NCBI GenBank assembly: GCA_003990765.1
Contig: RBNJ01000202.1
Span: forward strand, 1-36,750
Length of the DNA: 36,750 bases
From: Jimgerdemannia flammicorona
Taxonomy: Eukaryota
Direction: 5' to 3'
This document shows positions 24,181-34,776 of this stretch, piece by piece. The first letter of the stretch is position 1, and each line of letters starts with the position of its first letter. The notes beneath the pieces are model-generated. The model did not search any database, was not told where the DNA came from, and saw nothing but the letters and a program-made list of their open reading frames with translations. A program made the translations under genes and the position numbers.

Positions 24181-25746
24181 AATATTTATTAAAATATTAG
24201 AATAAAATAAAGAGTAAAAGAATACTCAGAAGTCTGTATCACTCTATCCTCTTATCTGATATTAAGATACTCCTCACACTCCAAGGTACCTCCTTCTACT
24301 AAATATCCTAACCAATAGTTCAATATCACTGGAGTAGAGGAGGAGGGCCCAGCAAGAGCTATGGAAGCAAATCCAGAGCCAGTGTCAAAGTGAACAGAAG
24401 ATATGTGGAAGAGTGTGTATAAGGGGGATAAATAAAGAATGTAACCAAAAATGCATCAGCCATTTATTGCTATATAAAAATGCAGTCCTTATATACAAAA
24501 TATAATATCCCAAAAGTAAGGATATGCCACAACTCAGAGCAAACCAAATTAGATACTGCATGACTGCTGGAGATAATAGAGATAAAGAGGGAGCCTATCT
24601 CAGTTGTAGAATAAAAATCACAAACAAATACAAACAAAACAAATCCAAATCGAGATTAAAAAACATCTACAGACTCTGGAGGTATGAGCACAAGTGAGGG
24701 GTGAGACCAAAATAGAGCAAGCTACAGTGAGCCTGAGTAAAGCAAGGGGCTGAAGGTAGCAGAGGGGAGCAGAGTGAAGGCTGAGACCCCAGAGTGAGCA
24801 CAAGACCCCAGAGGGGGCAAGAATGTTTTTTAATCCTCTCTGGAGGAACTGAAGACACCAGAAGGTGACAAAAACACAAAATTAGATTGATGAATTAGAG
24901 AAGAAACAGAAGGAAGATGTAAACAAGCAATCAGAGAGTATTAGAGAAGAGATGAAAGTCCATGGCATGAAAGAGAAGAGCACAGGACAGTATCAGAGCA
25001 TTGTGCAACCCAGTGAGCATGATCAAATGGTATGACAAAAATCAGAGGTGGGAAGGAAGAGGGGATACAGATTGAGTAAGGAGGGAGAGAGGAGAGAGAG
25101 GGGGGGTAATGAGAAGAGAGAAGAGAAGAGTAAACAACAGACCATTTAATAGAAGTAAGCAGATCATGAATGATTGAAATAGGGTAGGCATGATAATGGA
25201 CCATGAAGTTGCTAAGAACCCAAACAGCAGACACTCAATGAGAATGACAGTGAAGGAGGAGGGCCCAGCAAGAGCCATGAGAGCGAACCCAGAGCCAGAG
25301 TCAAAGTGAATAGATGATATGTAGAAGAGTATATATAAGGGAGATGAATAAAGAACATAACTGAATTTACATCAGCTGTTTATTACCATCTAAAAATGTG
25401 GTCCTTATATATAAAATATGATATTCCAAAAGGGAGGACATGCCACAACTTGGGGCAAACTGAATTAAGAACCACATAACTACTGGAGATAAGCAGAGAT
25501 AAAGAGGGAGCCAATCCCAGTTGTAGGATAAAATCACAAACAAATACAAATAAAAAAAATCCAAATTAAGATTAAAAAACATCCACAGATACTGGAGGAG
25601 TGAGTGCAAGTGAGGAGTGAGGCTGAAATAGAGCAAGCTGCAGTAAGCCCAAGCAAAGTGAGGGGCCAAAGACAGTAGAGGAGAGCAGAGTGAAGGCTGA
25701 GACTCTGGAGTGAGCATGAGACCCCAGAGGGGGCAAGGATGTTTTT

Positions 25747-27811
25747 TTAATCTTTTCTGAAAGAACTGGAGGCACCAGAAGGTAACAAAAATATAAAACA
25801 AGAGTGATGAATTAGAGAAGTAATAGAGTGTATTATATAGAGGATAGACAGGTGTATTAATAAAGGATGGAGTCCATAAGACTATAGAGAAGTAATAGAA
25901 GGAAGATATGAATAAGCAATTAGAGGGCATCAGAGAAGAGATGAAAGTCTATGGCATAAAAGAGAAGAGAACAGGACAGTATCAGAGTATTGTGCAATCC
26001 AGCAAGTATGATCAAATGGTATGACAAGAATCAGAGGTGGGAAGGAAGAGGGGGTATGGAGTGGATAAGGGGGGAGGGAGGGAAGGGAGGGGAGATAATG
26101 AGGAGAGAGAAGGGAAGAGTGAACAACACACCATTTGACAGAAGTAAGCAGATCATGAACAATAGAAATAGGATAGGTATGATGATGGACCACAACGTTG
26201 CCAAGAACCTAAACAGTAGACACCCAATCAGAATGATATAAGCAGTATAATGCAAGATGACAAACCTCACCATAAATACATTCAAGAAGAGTGCAATGAG
26301 GATGGTTGAAACAGAAGTCAGAGAACTGTTGGATTGAGGGAAATGAGAATAAACAATAGTTTAGAAGGGAGAAAGAGAAATGGAAAGGTCTAAAAAGAGA
26401 ATACTGGTTATACTGCTCACCTAAGTAATAGAATGATGGAGAGGGTAGACAATACAGAATATACTAGGAATATCAATGTCAGCAATAGCAAGAACAATAA
26501 AGTCATCAATGTATCAGTAAAAGAAGATATTGCCAGCCCAGAACACAATGGAAAGAGGTGAAGAAGGATCACATATTGCACAAAGTTCATGGGCCAGGCC
26601 AATGTGATTGGCAAGGGTTGGGGTACAATTTGTTTCTATGGTAATATCAGAAGTCTGATGAAAAGAGCCAAGGGCTGACTCAAAATAGTTGGAGTCACAG
26701 ATGAGGAGTATAAGCTCAAAGATAGAAGCCAATGAGACTAGAGAATCCATAGGAAAAACAATAGTATCTGAGAAGTGAAGACAATTATCAATCTCATCAA
26801 AATGAATAGTAGTGTAGAAGGAAGAGAAATCACCAGAGGCCAAATGGGAAAAACAGTTAACAGGCACAATTGTGGAGTAGAGAAGGGTGAGCTCCTGAGT
26901 ATTATGAAGAATTGTATACTCAGGCCCAAGATGGTATTGTAGAACAGCCATTCAAGAGAGGAAGAAGTAGGACAACTACTTCAAAATCTCAGTGATAAGA
27001 GAACTAAAAGCAGTCATAATGGGATGCTAAGCCAAAATGGACTTGTGGACTTTGGGAAGAGTATAGAAAACCAGAAGACAAATATCTAGCAAGAACAAAG
27101 AGTCTAGGAAGAAGTTAAAAATAGGGTTTGTAAATGGAGAATCTGAAAGCAATCTGGCATGAGTCAGAGAAACCCAAAGAAGAGAGAGAACCTCATCCAA
27201 TCCAAGAGCACTAGGCTCATAAGCCATGGCTCAAAGGTAGGGCAGAAAGGCCATCAAGGTAGAGTAACTTAGGAATAAGTTCAAAATCCTGATTCTTATC
27301 AGTAACTATAAGTAGATGGAAAGGCAATTGCTTGACTGATTTAAGCATGGTATGCCTGATATAGTCTGAAACTAAGCAAGAGTGAGTGTGTCCAGGAACA
27401 GACAGCAAGCAGGCCATATAATAGAATATACAGTATGAAGAGACATTGGGAGGAGAGACCTAATTACTAGGAATATAATAGCAAGGGGGTATCTCATCAT
27501 AATCCTCAAAGAAGATAGCAAGGTCAAGAGCATGACAAAAGTATACCAGATGAGCTGAATTGGTGAAGGAGAATTGTGAGAGAGTCAATGAAGGAAGGAT
27601 TCATGGAAAGGGTAAAGACTTGAAGGGGAGAAAGGGGGTAGTCAGCTAAAGAAAAAGGAGAAGATAAAGTATTCTAAGAGAAGAATAAACCCAAAAGTTT
27701 GGAATAAGCAACTGAGAAAGGTGAAGAGGGAACAGTATGAGGAACCACTCAGGGCACACTAGAAGTAATTATGGGATCTGAGAAGGAACCAGGACACTAG
27801 GGGAGAATCAT
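25747..27811 (-). pseudogene. PLE reverse transcriptase ORF, disrupted
   Basis: LSMNPSF, YIPSN*VSPP, IVTDKN, FYTLPKVHK, HPIM, SGDFSSFYTTI, NYFE...QTSDITIETNCTPTLAN, FY[R]YIDD (~26500-26525), FLDL, thumb HP...YGE, PLIAY...SL, stop at 25747. Confidence 0.88.
25828..25885 (+). mobile_element. ~57 bp 5'-truncated LINE tail inserted in the PLE
   Basis: Duplication (t)agagaagtaataga at 25813-25827 and 25885-25899; absent from the paralogous PLE copy near 24895; ends aataaag...gagtccataagactat like LINE-B. Confidence 0.8.
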
Positions 27812-27824
27812 GCTGGGGGAAAGT

Positions 27825-28984
27825 TTAAGAGTGGGAGGCCTTCTCCTTCCCTCTGACTTTTTTTGAAGGTGGCAAGCCTGATGAGCAGGAACATACCCTG
27901 TCAGAGTGCCAGACCTTATAGCCACAGGCTTTCATACAGCCCTTACATTCAGGGGCATGGGTAGAGGAGGCAGAGGAGGACCTAGTGAAGGAGATAGAGG
28001 GAGAGTAAGCAGCTGAAGGGGCATCAGTGCAAGAGACACCACCATAGGAGCAGACAGACTTGGCTGAGTGCCAATAGGCATAGTGGAGGTGACCAGAGCA
28101 TACAGCATAGGGCCAAGCTCTGATGGGGCAAGAACCAAGTTGGAAGCCACACTTGGGGGCAGGGGGGATAGAGGAGGAGGCCTTGACAGGGGAGGGGGAC
28201 CAAGAAGAGGCTGACAAAGCCTTGTTGGGCTTAGTAGGGGTCTTGGCAGGGGCCTTAGCAGTGGTAGCAGCAAAGGAATGAACCTCAGCATGAGCAGCAG
28301 CATGAGCTTTGGCATAGATGACCTCAGAGACCAAAACCTCAGAGAAGGTAAGTAGGAGAGCAGTGGTGGCAGTGTGAGCAGCAGCAGTAGCATGTGACAT
28401 TTTCTCATAAAGATGAGTGACAAAGGAGGTGCTGGCAAGGCGAAAGCAATGAACAGCATCAATGTTGGTGGCAGCAGATGGAATGTCTTGGATGGTAAAG
28501 CCACAGAAAGGGGCAGTATCTGTGAAGTAGAATGAGGTGAGGGCCACAAAGAAGACACAGCATAGTAGAAGGAGGTAGAAGCAGTAGTAGCAGTAGCAGT
28601 GACAGTATCAGTGGTGGCAAGCTTAGTGGCAGCAGTGGCAGCATGAACCTCTTTAGAGAGGACTTGGTGGTAGACCTCAGGAAGAATAGAGTAGTGGATG
28701 GCAGGTGGAGTAATGATATTGATGTCATAGTGAAGATGAGTCTCCTTGGCAGAGAGGGCTAGAACTGGCCAGAACTGAGAGAGGAGTGGATGACCAGACA
28801 GATGAAGGTCTAGAGGGAGGAAAAGAATGGCAGATGAGATATAGGTCTCAAATGAGATAGTGATGGAGATGAAAGCAGGAGAAGGAGGAGGAGGAAGAAC
28901 CTTGTCCATAATCTCATCAATGGAGGTAGAGGCCCTGGGGGCAGATGGTATAGCAGTAGAGGAGGAGGGCCCAGTAGGAGCTAT
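27825..28984 (-). pseudogene. PLE ORF1 (Ala/Pro/Ser-rich, C-terminal Cys/His cluster and basic tail), one frameshift near 28550
   Basis: ORFs 27932-28909 and 27825-28547. The start lies inside the pLTR: ATA at 28984 is in frame, and the ATG is intact in the copies near 25278 and 29867. Confidence 0.7.
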
Positions 28985-30967
28985 TTGAGTGAATCCAGAG
29001 CCAGTTTCAAAGTGAACAAAAGATATATGAAAGAGTGTGTATAAGGGGGATGAATAAAAAATGTAACTGAATTTGTATCAGCTATTTATTGCTATGTACA
29101 AATATGGTCCTTATATATAAAATATGAGGTCCCAAAAGGAAGGATGTGCCACAACTTAGGGTGAACCAAATTAGGAACCACATGACTATCAGAGATAAGT
29201 GGAGATAAAGAGAGAGCCAATCCCAGTTGTAGGATAAAAATTACAAACAAATACAAACAAAACAAATCCAAATCAAGATTAAAAAACATCCACAGACCCT
29301 GGAGGGGTGAGCATGAGTAAGGGGTGAGACCAAAATAGAGTGAGCCACAGTGAGCCTGAGCAAAGCAAGGGGCTGAAGGCAGCAGAGGGGAGTAGAGTGA
29401 AGGCTGAGACCTCAGAGCAAGTGTGAGACTCTAGAGGGGGCAAAGATGTTTTTGAATCTTGATTTGGATTTGTTTTGTTTGTGTTTGTTTGTGATTTTTA
29501 TCCTGTAACTGAGATTGGCTCTCTCTTTATCTCCACTTATCTCCAGTGGTCATATAGTTCCTAATTCAGTTCACCTGGAGTTGTGGTGCATCCTCCCTTT
29601 TGGGACATCATATTTTATATATAAGGATTGCATTTTTACATAGCAATAAATAGCTGATGCATTTTTGGTTATATTCTTTATTCATCCCCCTTATATATGC
29701 TCTTCCATATATCTTCTGTTCACTTTGACACTGGCTCTGGGTTCACTCCCATAGCTCCCACTGGGCTCTCCTCCTTTACTGTAGTTATGTTCTTTGTTTG
29801 TCCCCCTTATATACACTCTTATATATGTCTTCCATTCACTTTGACACTGGCTCTGGGTTCACTCCCATGGCTTCTGCTGGGTCCTCCTCCTCAACAGGAC
29901 ATCTTCTGGCTCTCCTTCAGTGCCATCAGAGAAAGAAAGTTACCAGATATATTACAGAGAGAGAACTGTACCTCCCACACCCTCTGCATAAGGAGCACTC
30001 ACTCTCAGCCCCTCAACTCACTAACTTACTTCAGCCACCAAGCTCTCAAGTGGTATTGATACTTGGTAAAGTCTACCAGACCTAGTTCTCACTGGTCTAC
30101 TAGTAATATCAATATCTCTCAGCCAATCTGACTATACTATTCTACCCATATCTAGGTTCTGGTTATCTTTAATAGTCTCTTGACCACCTATATCAGGAAG
30201 TCTAAGTGATACCCCAGATATCTAACTTAGACAGCTAATATATATTCAACACCATCACTCTTCCAATCAGAGAGATATATTGGCCACTCCATCCTAGGAG
30301 AGTATTCTCCCACTCAATTAGCTTCTGCTCCCATTTTTTCTGAAGTAATAGGGATCTATATACTGAGAAGTAAATCTCCAGATAATGGACTATCTCTTCT
30401 GCTAGAACAACTGTTCCAATTATATCCCCACTTACTATTACTCTATCTAATATCAGAGTCTCTCACTTATACTAGTTAAGCTTAGTATCTGAGTATCCCT
30501 CATACTATTCCACTACCTTCAGTACTGCCATATTCTTTATAGAGCTTGGCCCAACTACTATATTATTATCAAAGACCCCCATCTTCCAATTCACCCCCAG
30601 AATATTCAACCCCCCTACCTTGTACCTAATTCTATCTAACTAAGGCTCCGGGGAGAGGGTATAAAGAATTGGTGACAGTGGATCCCTCTGAGACACTTCT
30701 CTATTCAGGGGAAATAAATCTCCCCTGTACCTATTTACTAGAATAGTCACTCAACTCCCCTCCAACAGACTAATTAAAGATTATCTAAACCCTAGAGAAG
30801 CTCTCATACACTTCAGCACCCCCTCTAGTCATACTTGCTGAACTCTATCATAGGTCTTCTCCTGGTTCAGAAATACTAGCCAACTATCTACCCCTATAGT
30901 ATATACTCCTTTAATGATATCATATACTCATACTATTTCATCTCTTATCAAATAACCTCTGACAAAG

Positions 30968-31093
30968 AGGGGTCTATGTGAGATTGGGTGAAGGGTACAT
31001 TGTTATCTTTATATTAATAAAACTTAGATTGGATGATAGTTGGTAATAAAAGTAGAAGTCTAAGTAACTATAAAAAATAAAAAATAAAAATAA
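30968..31093 (+). mobile_element. 126 bp 5'-truncated LINE tail with A-rich tail inserted in LINE-C
   Basis: 18 bp TSD aaataacctctgacaaag at 30950-30967 and 31094-31111; 3' end resembles the LINE-B 3' UTR. Confidence 0.88.
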
Positions 31094-34000
31094 AAATAAC
31101 CTCTGACAAAGCCCCTCTACTCTGTCTCCAATATCTCTAGAGTTACTTCTTATAGTCTAGCTATCAATATCTTTATAACCAGCTTATAATCTATATCTAA
31201 AAGTATGATTGACCTCCAGTTCTTCCACTTCTCCCTTCTCTTCTTGTTCTTATATAACAAAGCTACAAGACCCAGATACTGTCCTCCAATCTAAGCCCCA
31301 GAGCTAATAATCTCATTATATATCTACATCATCTCCTCTAATATCAACTCTACACTTACCATTCTCTTCTAGAAATTCTAAAGTAAACTAGCCTCTCTAG
31401 GGGCTATACTAAGACTTATCATTATCAATACTCTATAGATCTCTTCTTCTTAGACAGATATTCCAAGTTTACCTAAGCTCTCTGCTGAGTCTGAATACCA
31501 CTCCTTCAGATACCATTCAATGTTCAGTATATCTTCCCCATCTTTCTCCTCACTCTACAATTGTTTCCATCATAAACTCAACTGGCCTAAGATCTCTGGA
31601 GCTCTGACCACCATCTCTCCTATCTTATCCAATACTCCTTCTCATTGCTACCTTACTCTCCTCATCTAAAGTAGTCTTGACAAGAACTTCATAGATCTCT
31701 CTCTCACTTTTAAGCCCTACTACTGCAACTATATTACAATATCCTTTATCCATAAGTCTTCCTCCTACCTCAGCAGCTCCATCAGTTCCTCTACCTCTAG
31801 CTGGACCCTCTGAATCCTCCAATCTCTCTCCTTCCTATCATTTAGCAAATCAGCCTATATTATCTATAGATTTTCTAACTTCTGAAAAGCCCTCCTTAAA
31901 TAACTCCTCCTCTAAGTATCTCTCTCTCTCTCTATCTCTCTCTAGAACTACTGAGCATCTAATTTCAAATATTACTAATAATCCCCAACCTCCAGTCCCT
32001 TTGTGCTTCAGTTAAGAATTCTAAAGCTAATGTCTACTACTCATACATTCTATAAGATAGGCTCCCCCAGCAATGAAGTATTCAGATACTAATGTCCAGA
32101 CCCCTCCCCACTTCTCCTGAACCCTCTACAATCTAGCAGACTCTAATAATCAGACTATAGATACCAAACTATCTTCAAAGATCTCCAGACATCTATTTCC
32201 CAGTACTCAGCAGTTAAGATCCAGTCAATTCTTAAGCTCAACCCTACTGCTCAGTGAGTATAAACTCTGTAATCTCCCCACCCAAGTTACTTATCATCTT
32301 CAGTCTACTATTCTCTCACTTCTATCAGCCATCCCCCTCCCTCTATCAGTCCTATCCAACTGCTTATTCTATATTATGTTAAAGTCTTTACCCAAATAGA
32401 CAATCTCTATCTCTATTATAGCTTTCACATCTTATAGTCCTCTTATCCACTCTATTACTCTCTCCTATCTGCTAGGTAATAATAGAACCCAACAGTCAGA
32501 GGGCTTTAGCCTGGCCTCCACAATACTCTCCATACTACCCTATCTCTTCAATATTCAATATCTCCAATATCTCTCTTACTCCTCTGAACCAGAATATTCA
32601 CCCAACTCTACTATATGATACACTCCCTCATTTGCTTATCTAGTCTAGTATATTTAAGTCCATATTACATCTTACATCCTACAGTAAGAACAAATCAGTA
32701 TCCAGCCCTTTCAATTAGCTGAAAATATTCCAATACCTTACTGTATTCTATAGTTTATTAATATTCAAAAAGAAGATTTATATTATACTGTTCATATTGA
32801 ATAATGGTTTTAGAGAAAAATCACCTACTTTATAGTTCCATACTCACTATATTGCTAGCAATATCCTGGTTTCTCTCTATCTTAAGCTCATCTGTCTCCT
32901 CTTGCTGAGTATTCAGTATATCCAATATTTCCGGACAATTCTCACTATTCTGTACTTCTATAGAAGACTGATACTTCTTATGCACTATCTGCCACTTTAT
33001 CAACCCCTTTCTAGGGCTCTACAAATAGACCACATGATAATTTACAGTCATTAGAAGAATCACTTCTCTATTATCATCTATCTGATACTCTTCTGTCTTT
33101 AATAGAGCTACTATCAACTTATTCTAAAGCTTCTGTATCATCTCTTCTTCTTACAGAACCTCACTCTAGTATCTCTCACTAATTACCCTATTACTGGACT
33201 CACCTCTTCTACCTCCTCATCCACCAGAGAGAGTACTTAATAGACTCTCTCTAAAGCCATAACTCCTCTTTACATACTACCAGTCAAATATACTAAGGCT
33301 ACCCTACTCTGCTTACTTTTTAAATCACTCATCAGTTACTATATTATTATTACCTTTTCTCTAAAATAATGCTGAAAGTATTGTTAGAAGTTTGTATAAT
33401 CTGAATTATACTAGAGAAAGGTAATAGGATTTAATTTATATATATATATTTTTTAAATCTTAGATATAGTAGAATATCTTCTCATCTTCTATAATATCAG
33501 ATAATTTCAAAAAAAAATTGATAGAAATTATATTTTATAGCTTTGTGTAGACTTCAGTTGCTTGATATTTCTCTAGCTAGTTTGGTAGTATTAGCATACT
33601 TAAACTACTTATAGAGAGTCTTCTTAAATATTGTCTAATTTTTAATTTTGTTCCTCAGTAAAAAGTAATAATTATGATATAATTATACTATCAAATGACT
33701 GTATTTTCTCAGAGAAGTACATATGATAGTAAATTAAACTAATATACTTATCTCTATTTTTGTAATTTTGAAGTACTAGTCTAATTAGAAGATTAGATAT
33801 TAGTAAATAGTTCTTCTTGATAACTATTAAAGATATTTAACTTGAGTGACTTAAAATTGATAAATGTAATTGTGAGATAGACTGCTATATCTATATTTCT
33901 TGCTTTCTATTATTCTTGTTATATTATAGATTTTAAATCTAATATATCATTATACTAATTATCTCTTCTAGATTGATCTATATTTCTGAGTCTATATCTT

Positions 34001-34666
34001 CTACTGCAGAGGGATCTGGACAGTTGACTTGTTCTTTAGTATTTATTTTGGTTTTATTTGACTAATTGTGATAGATTTCCAAATTTATATAAGATTTCTT
34101 AATAAGATAAGCTATAACTTCAGTACTATTATCAGATATAATAGTTTTAGTTTCTTTAAGAGAAAATAGCTAAACTGGATAGTTCTAATAGATCCAAAGT
34201 ATCTTAAAGAGATATTTATAAATTTAAGTAGTTTTAAAAGATTTCTGAAGAAAATAAGCTAAGCTTTATTTAAGTAAAGCAAGAGAATATTTATATAAGA
34301 TCTAAAAGAAGATTCTGAAAGAATCTTAGAAATAAAAAGAAAGTCAAAAAAATAGTTCTCAGCAAAGATAACTAATATAATTCTACAATATTCTAAAAGA
34401 TTCTATGACTAGCTAAGCTAAAATATTTAGTACTAAGAAAAGTCAAGAATATTCTAGTGAAGTCATAGTACTATGTAAGAGAGAATTTCTAAGTATTTAG
34501 AATATACTAGAATATTGTGAAATATTTAATAAAATATAAGAAAAGATATAAAATATATTTAACTAAGATATAACTAAAAAATAATTATATATATATATAA
34601 TAGAATAATATAAGTGTATAAATAAAAATAGATTATATTCTATCATTTACTCAATATACTATAAAA

Positions 34667-34705
34667 TCTCTACTCTCTCTTTCTCTCTCTTTCTCTCTCT
34701 CTCTA

Positions 34706-34772
<67 letters not shown>
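34667..34772. repeat. (TC)n microsatellite
   Basis: About 105 bp of nearly pure TC dinucleotide. Confidence 0.97.

Positions 34773-34776
<4 letters not shown>

Larger units (their letters stand above)
24333..29895 (-). mobile_element. Penelope-like retroelement (PLE), apparently endonuclease-deficient, with partial-tandem and inverted pseudo-LTRs
   Basis: pLTR copies share the same left edge at 24333, 25249 and 28955; inverted copies at 29445-29780 and 29784-29895; PLE-type RT between them. Confidence 0.9.
24215..33420 (-). mobile_element. LINE-C: older, heavily mutated relative of LINE-A; 3' end and most of ORF1 lost; split by the Penelope-like element
   Basis: 24220-24332 encodes VILNYWLGYLVEGGTLECEE (LINE-A: VMLNFCTGHLVDGGHFDCEE). 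29896-32795 is collinear with ORF2 (decayed FADD at 30562-30573; MNS..F.LN start near 32795). 5' UTR homology at 33352-33420. Confidence 0.88.

Noticed and set aside
24849..24876. Hammerhead-like CTGAAGA-cacc-agaa-ggtg-acaaaa near the pLTR
   Set aside because: It is antisense to the RT, lacks GAAA, and the second copy reads ctggagg; it is more likely a G>A artefact.
25367..25930. 187 aa hydrophobic ORF as a membrane protein
   Set aside because: It runs through the T-rich pLTR and a LINE insert and is not preserved in the other pLTR copies.
27878..27910. CTGATGAG hammerhead core
   Set aside because: It is antisense, lies inside ORF1, and has no GAAA after the putative stem II.
24333..29895. 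DIRS/Ngaro or LTR interpretation of the split direct and inverted repeats
   Set aside because: The RT motifs are Penelope-type; there is no tyrosine recombinase, RNase H or integrase, and no TG..CA ends.
9732..31111. AACCTC shared by two LINE TSDs as a specific target
   Set aside because: The third TSD (25814-25827) lacks it, and the sample is too small.
33421..34600. Possible 5' half of the hAT transposase
   Set aside because: It looks coding-like but is too mutated; I recognised no BED finger or DDE motif.
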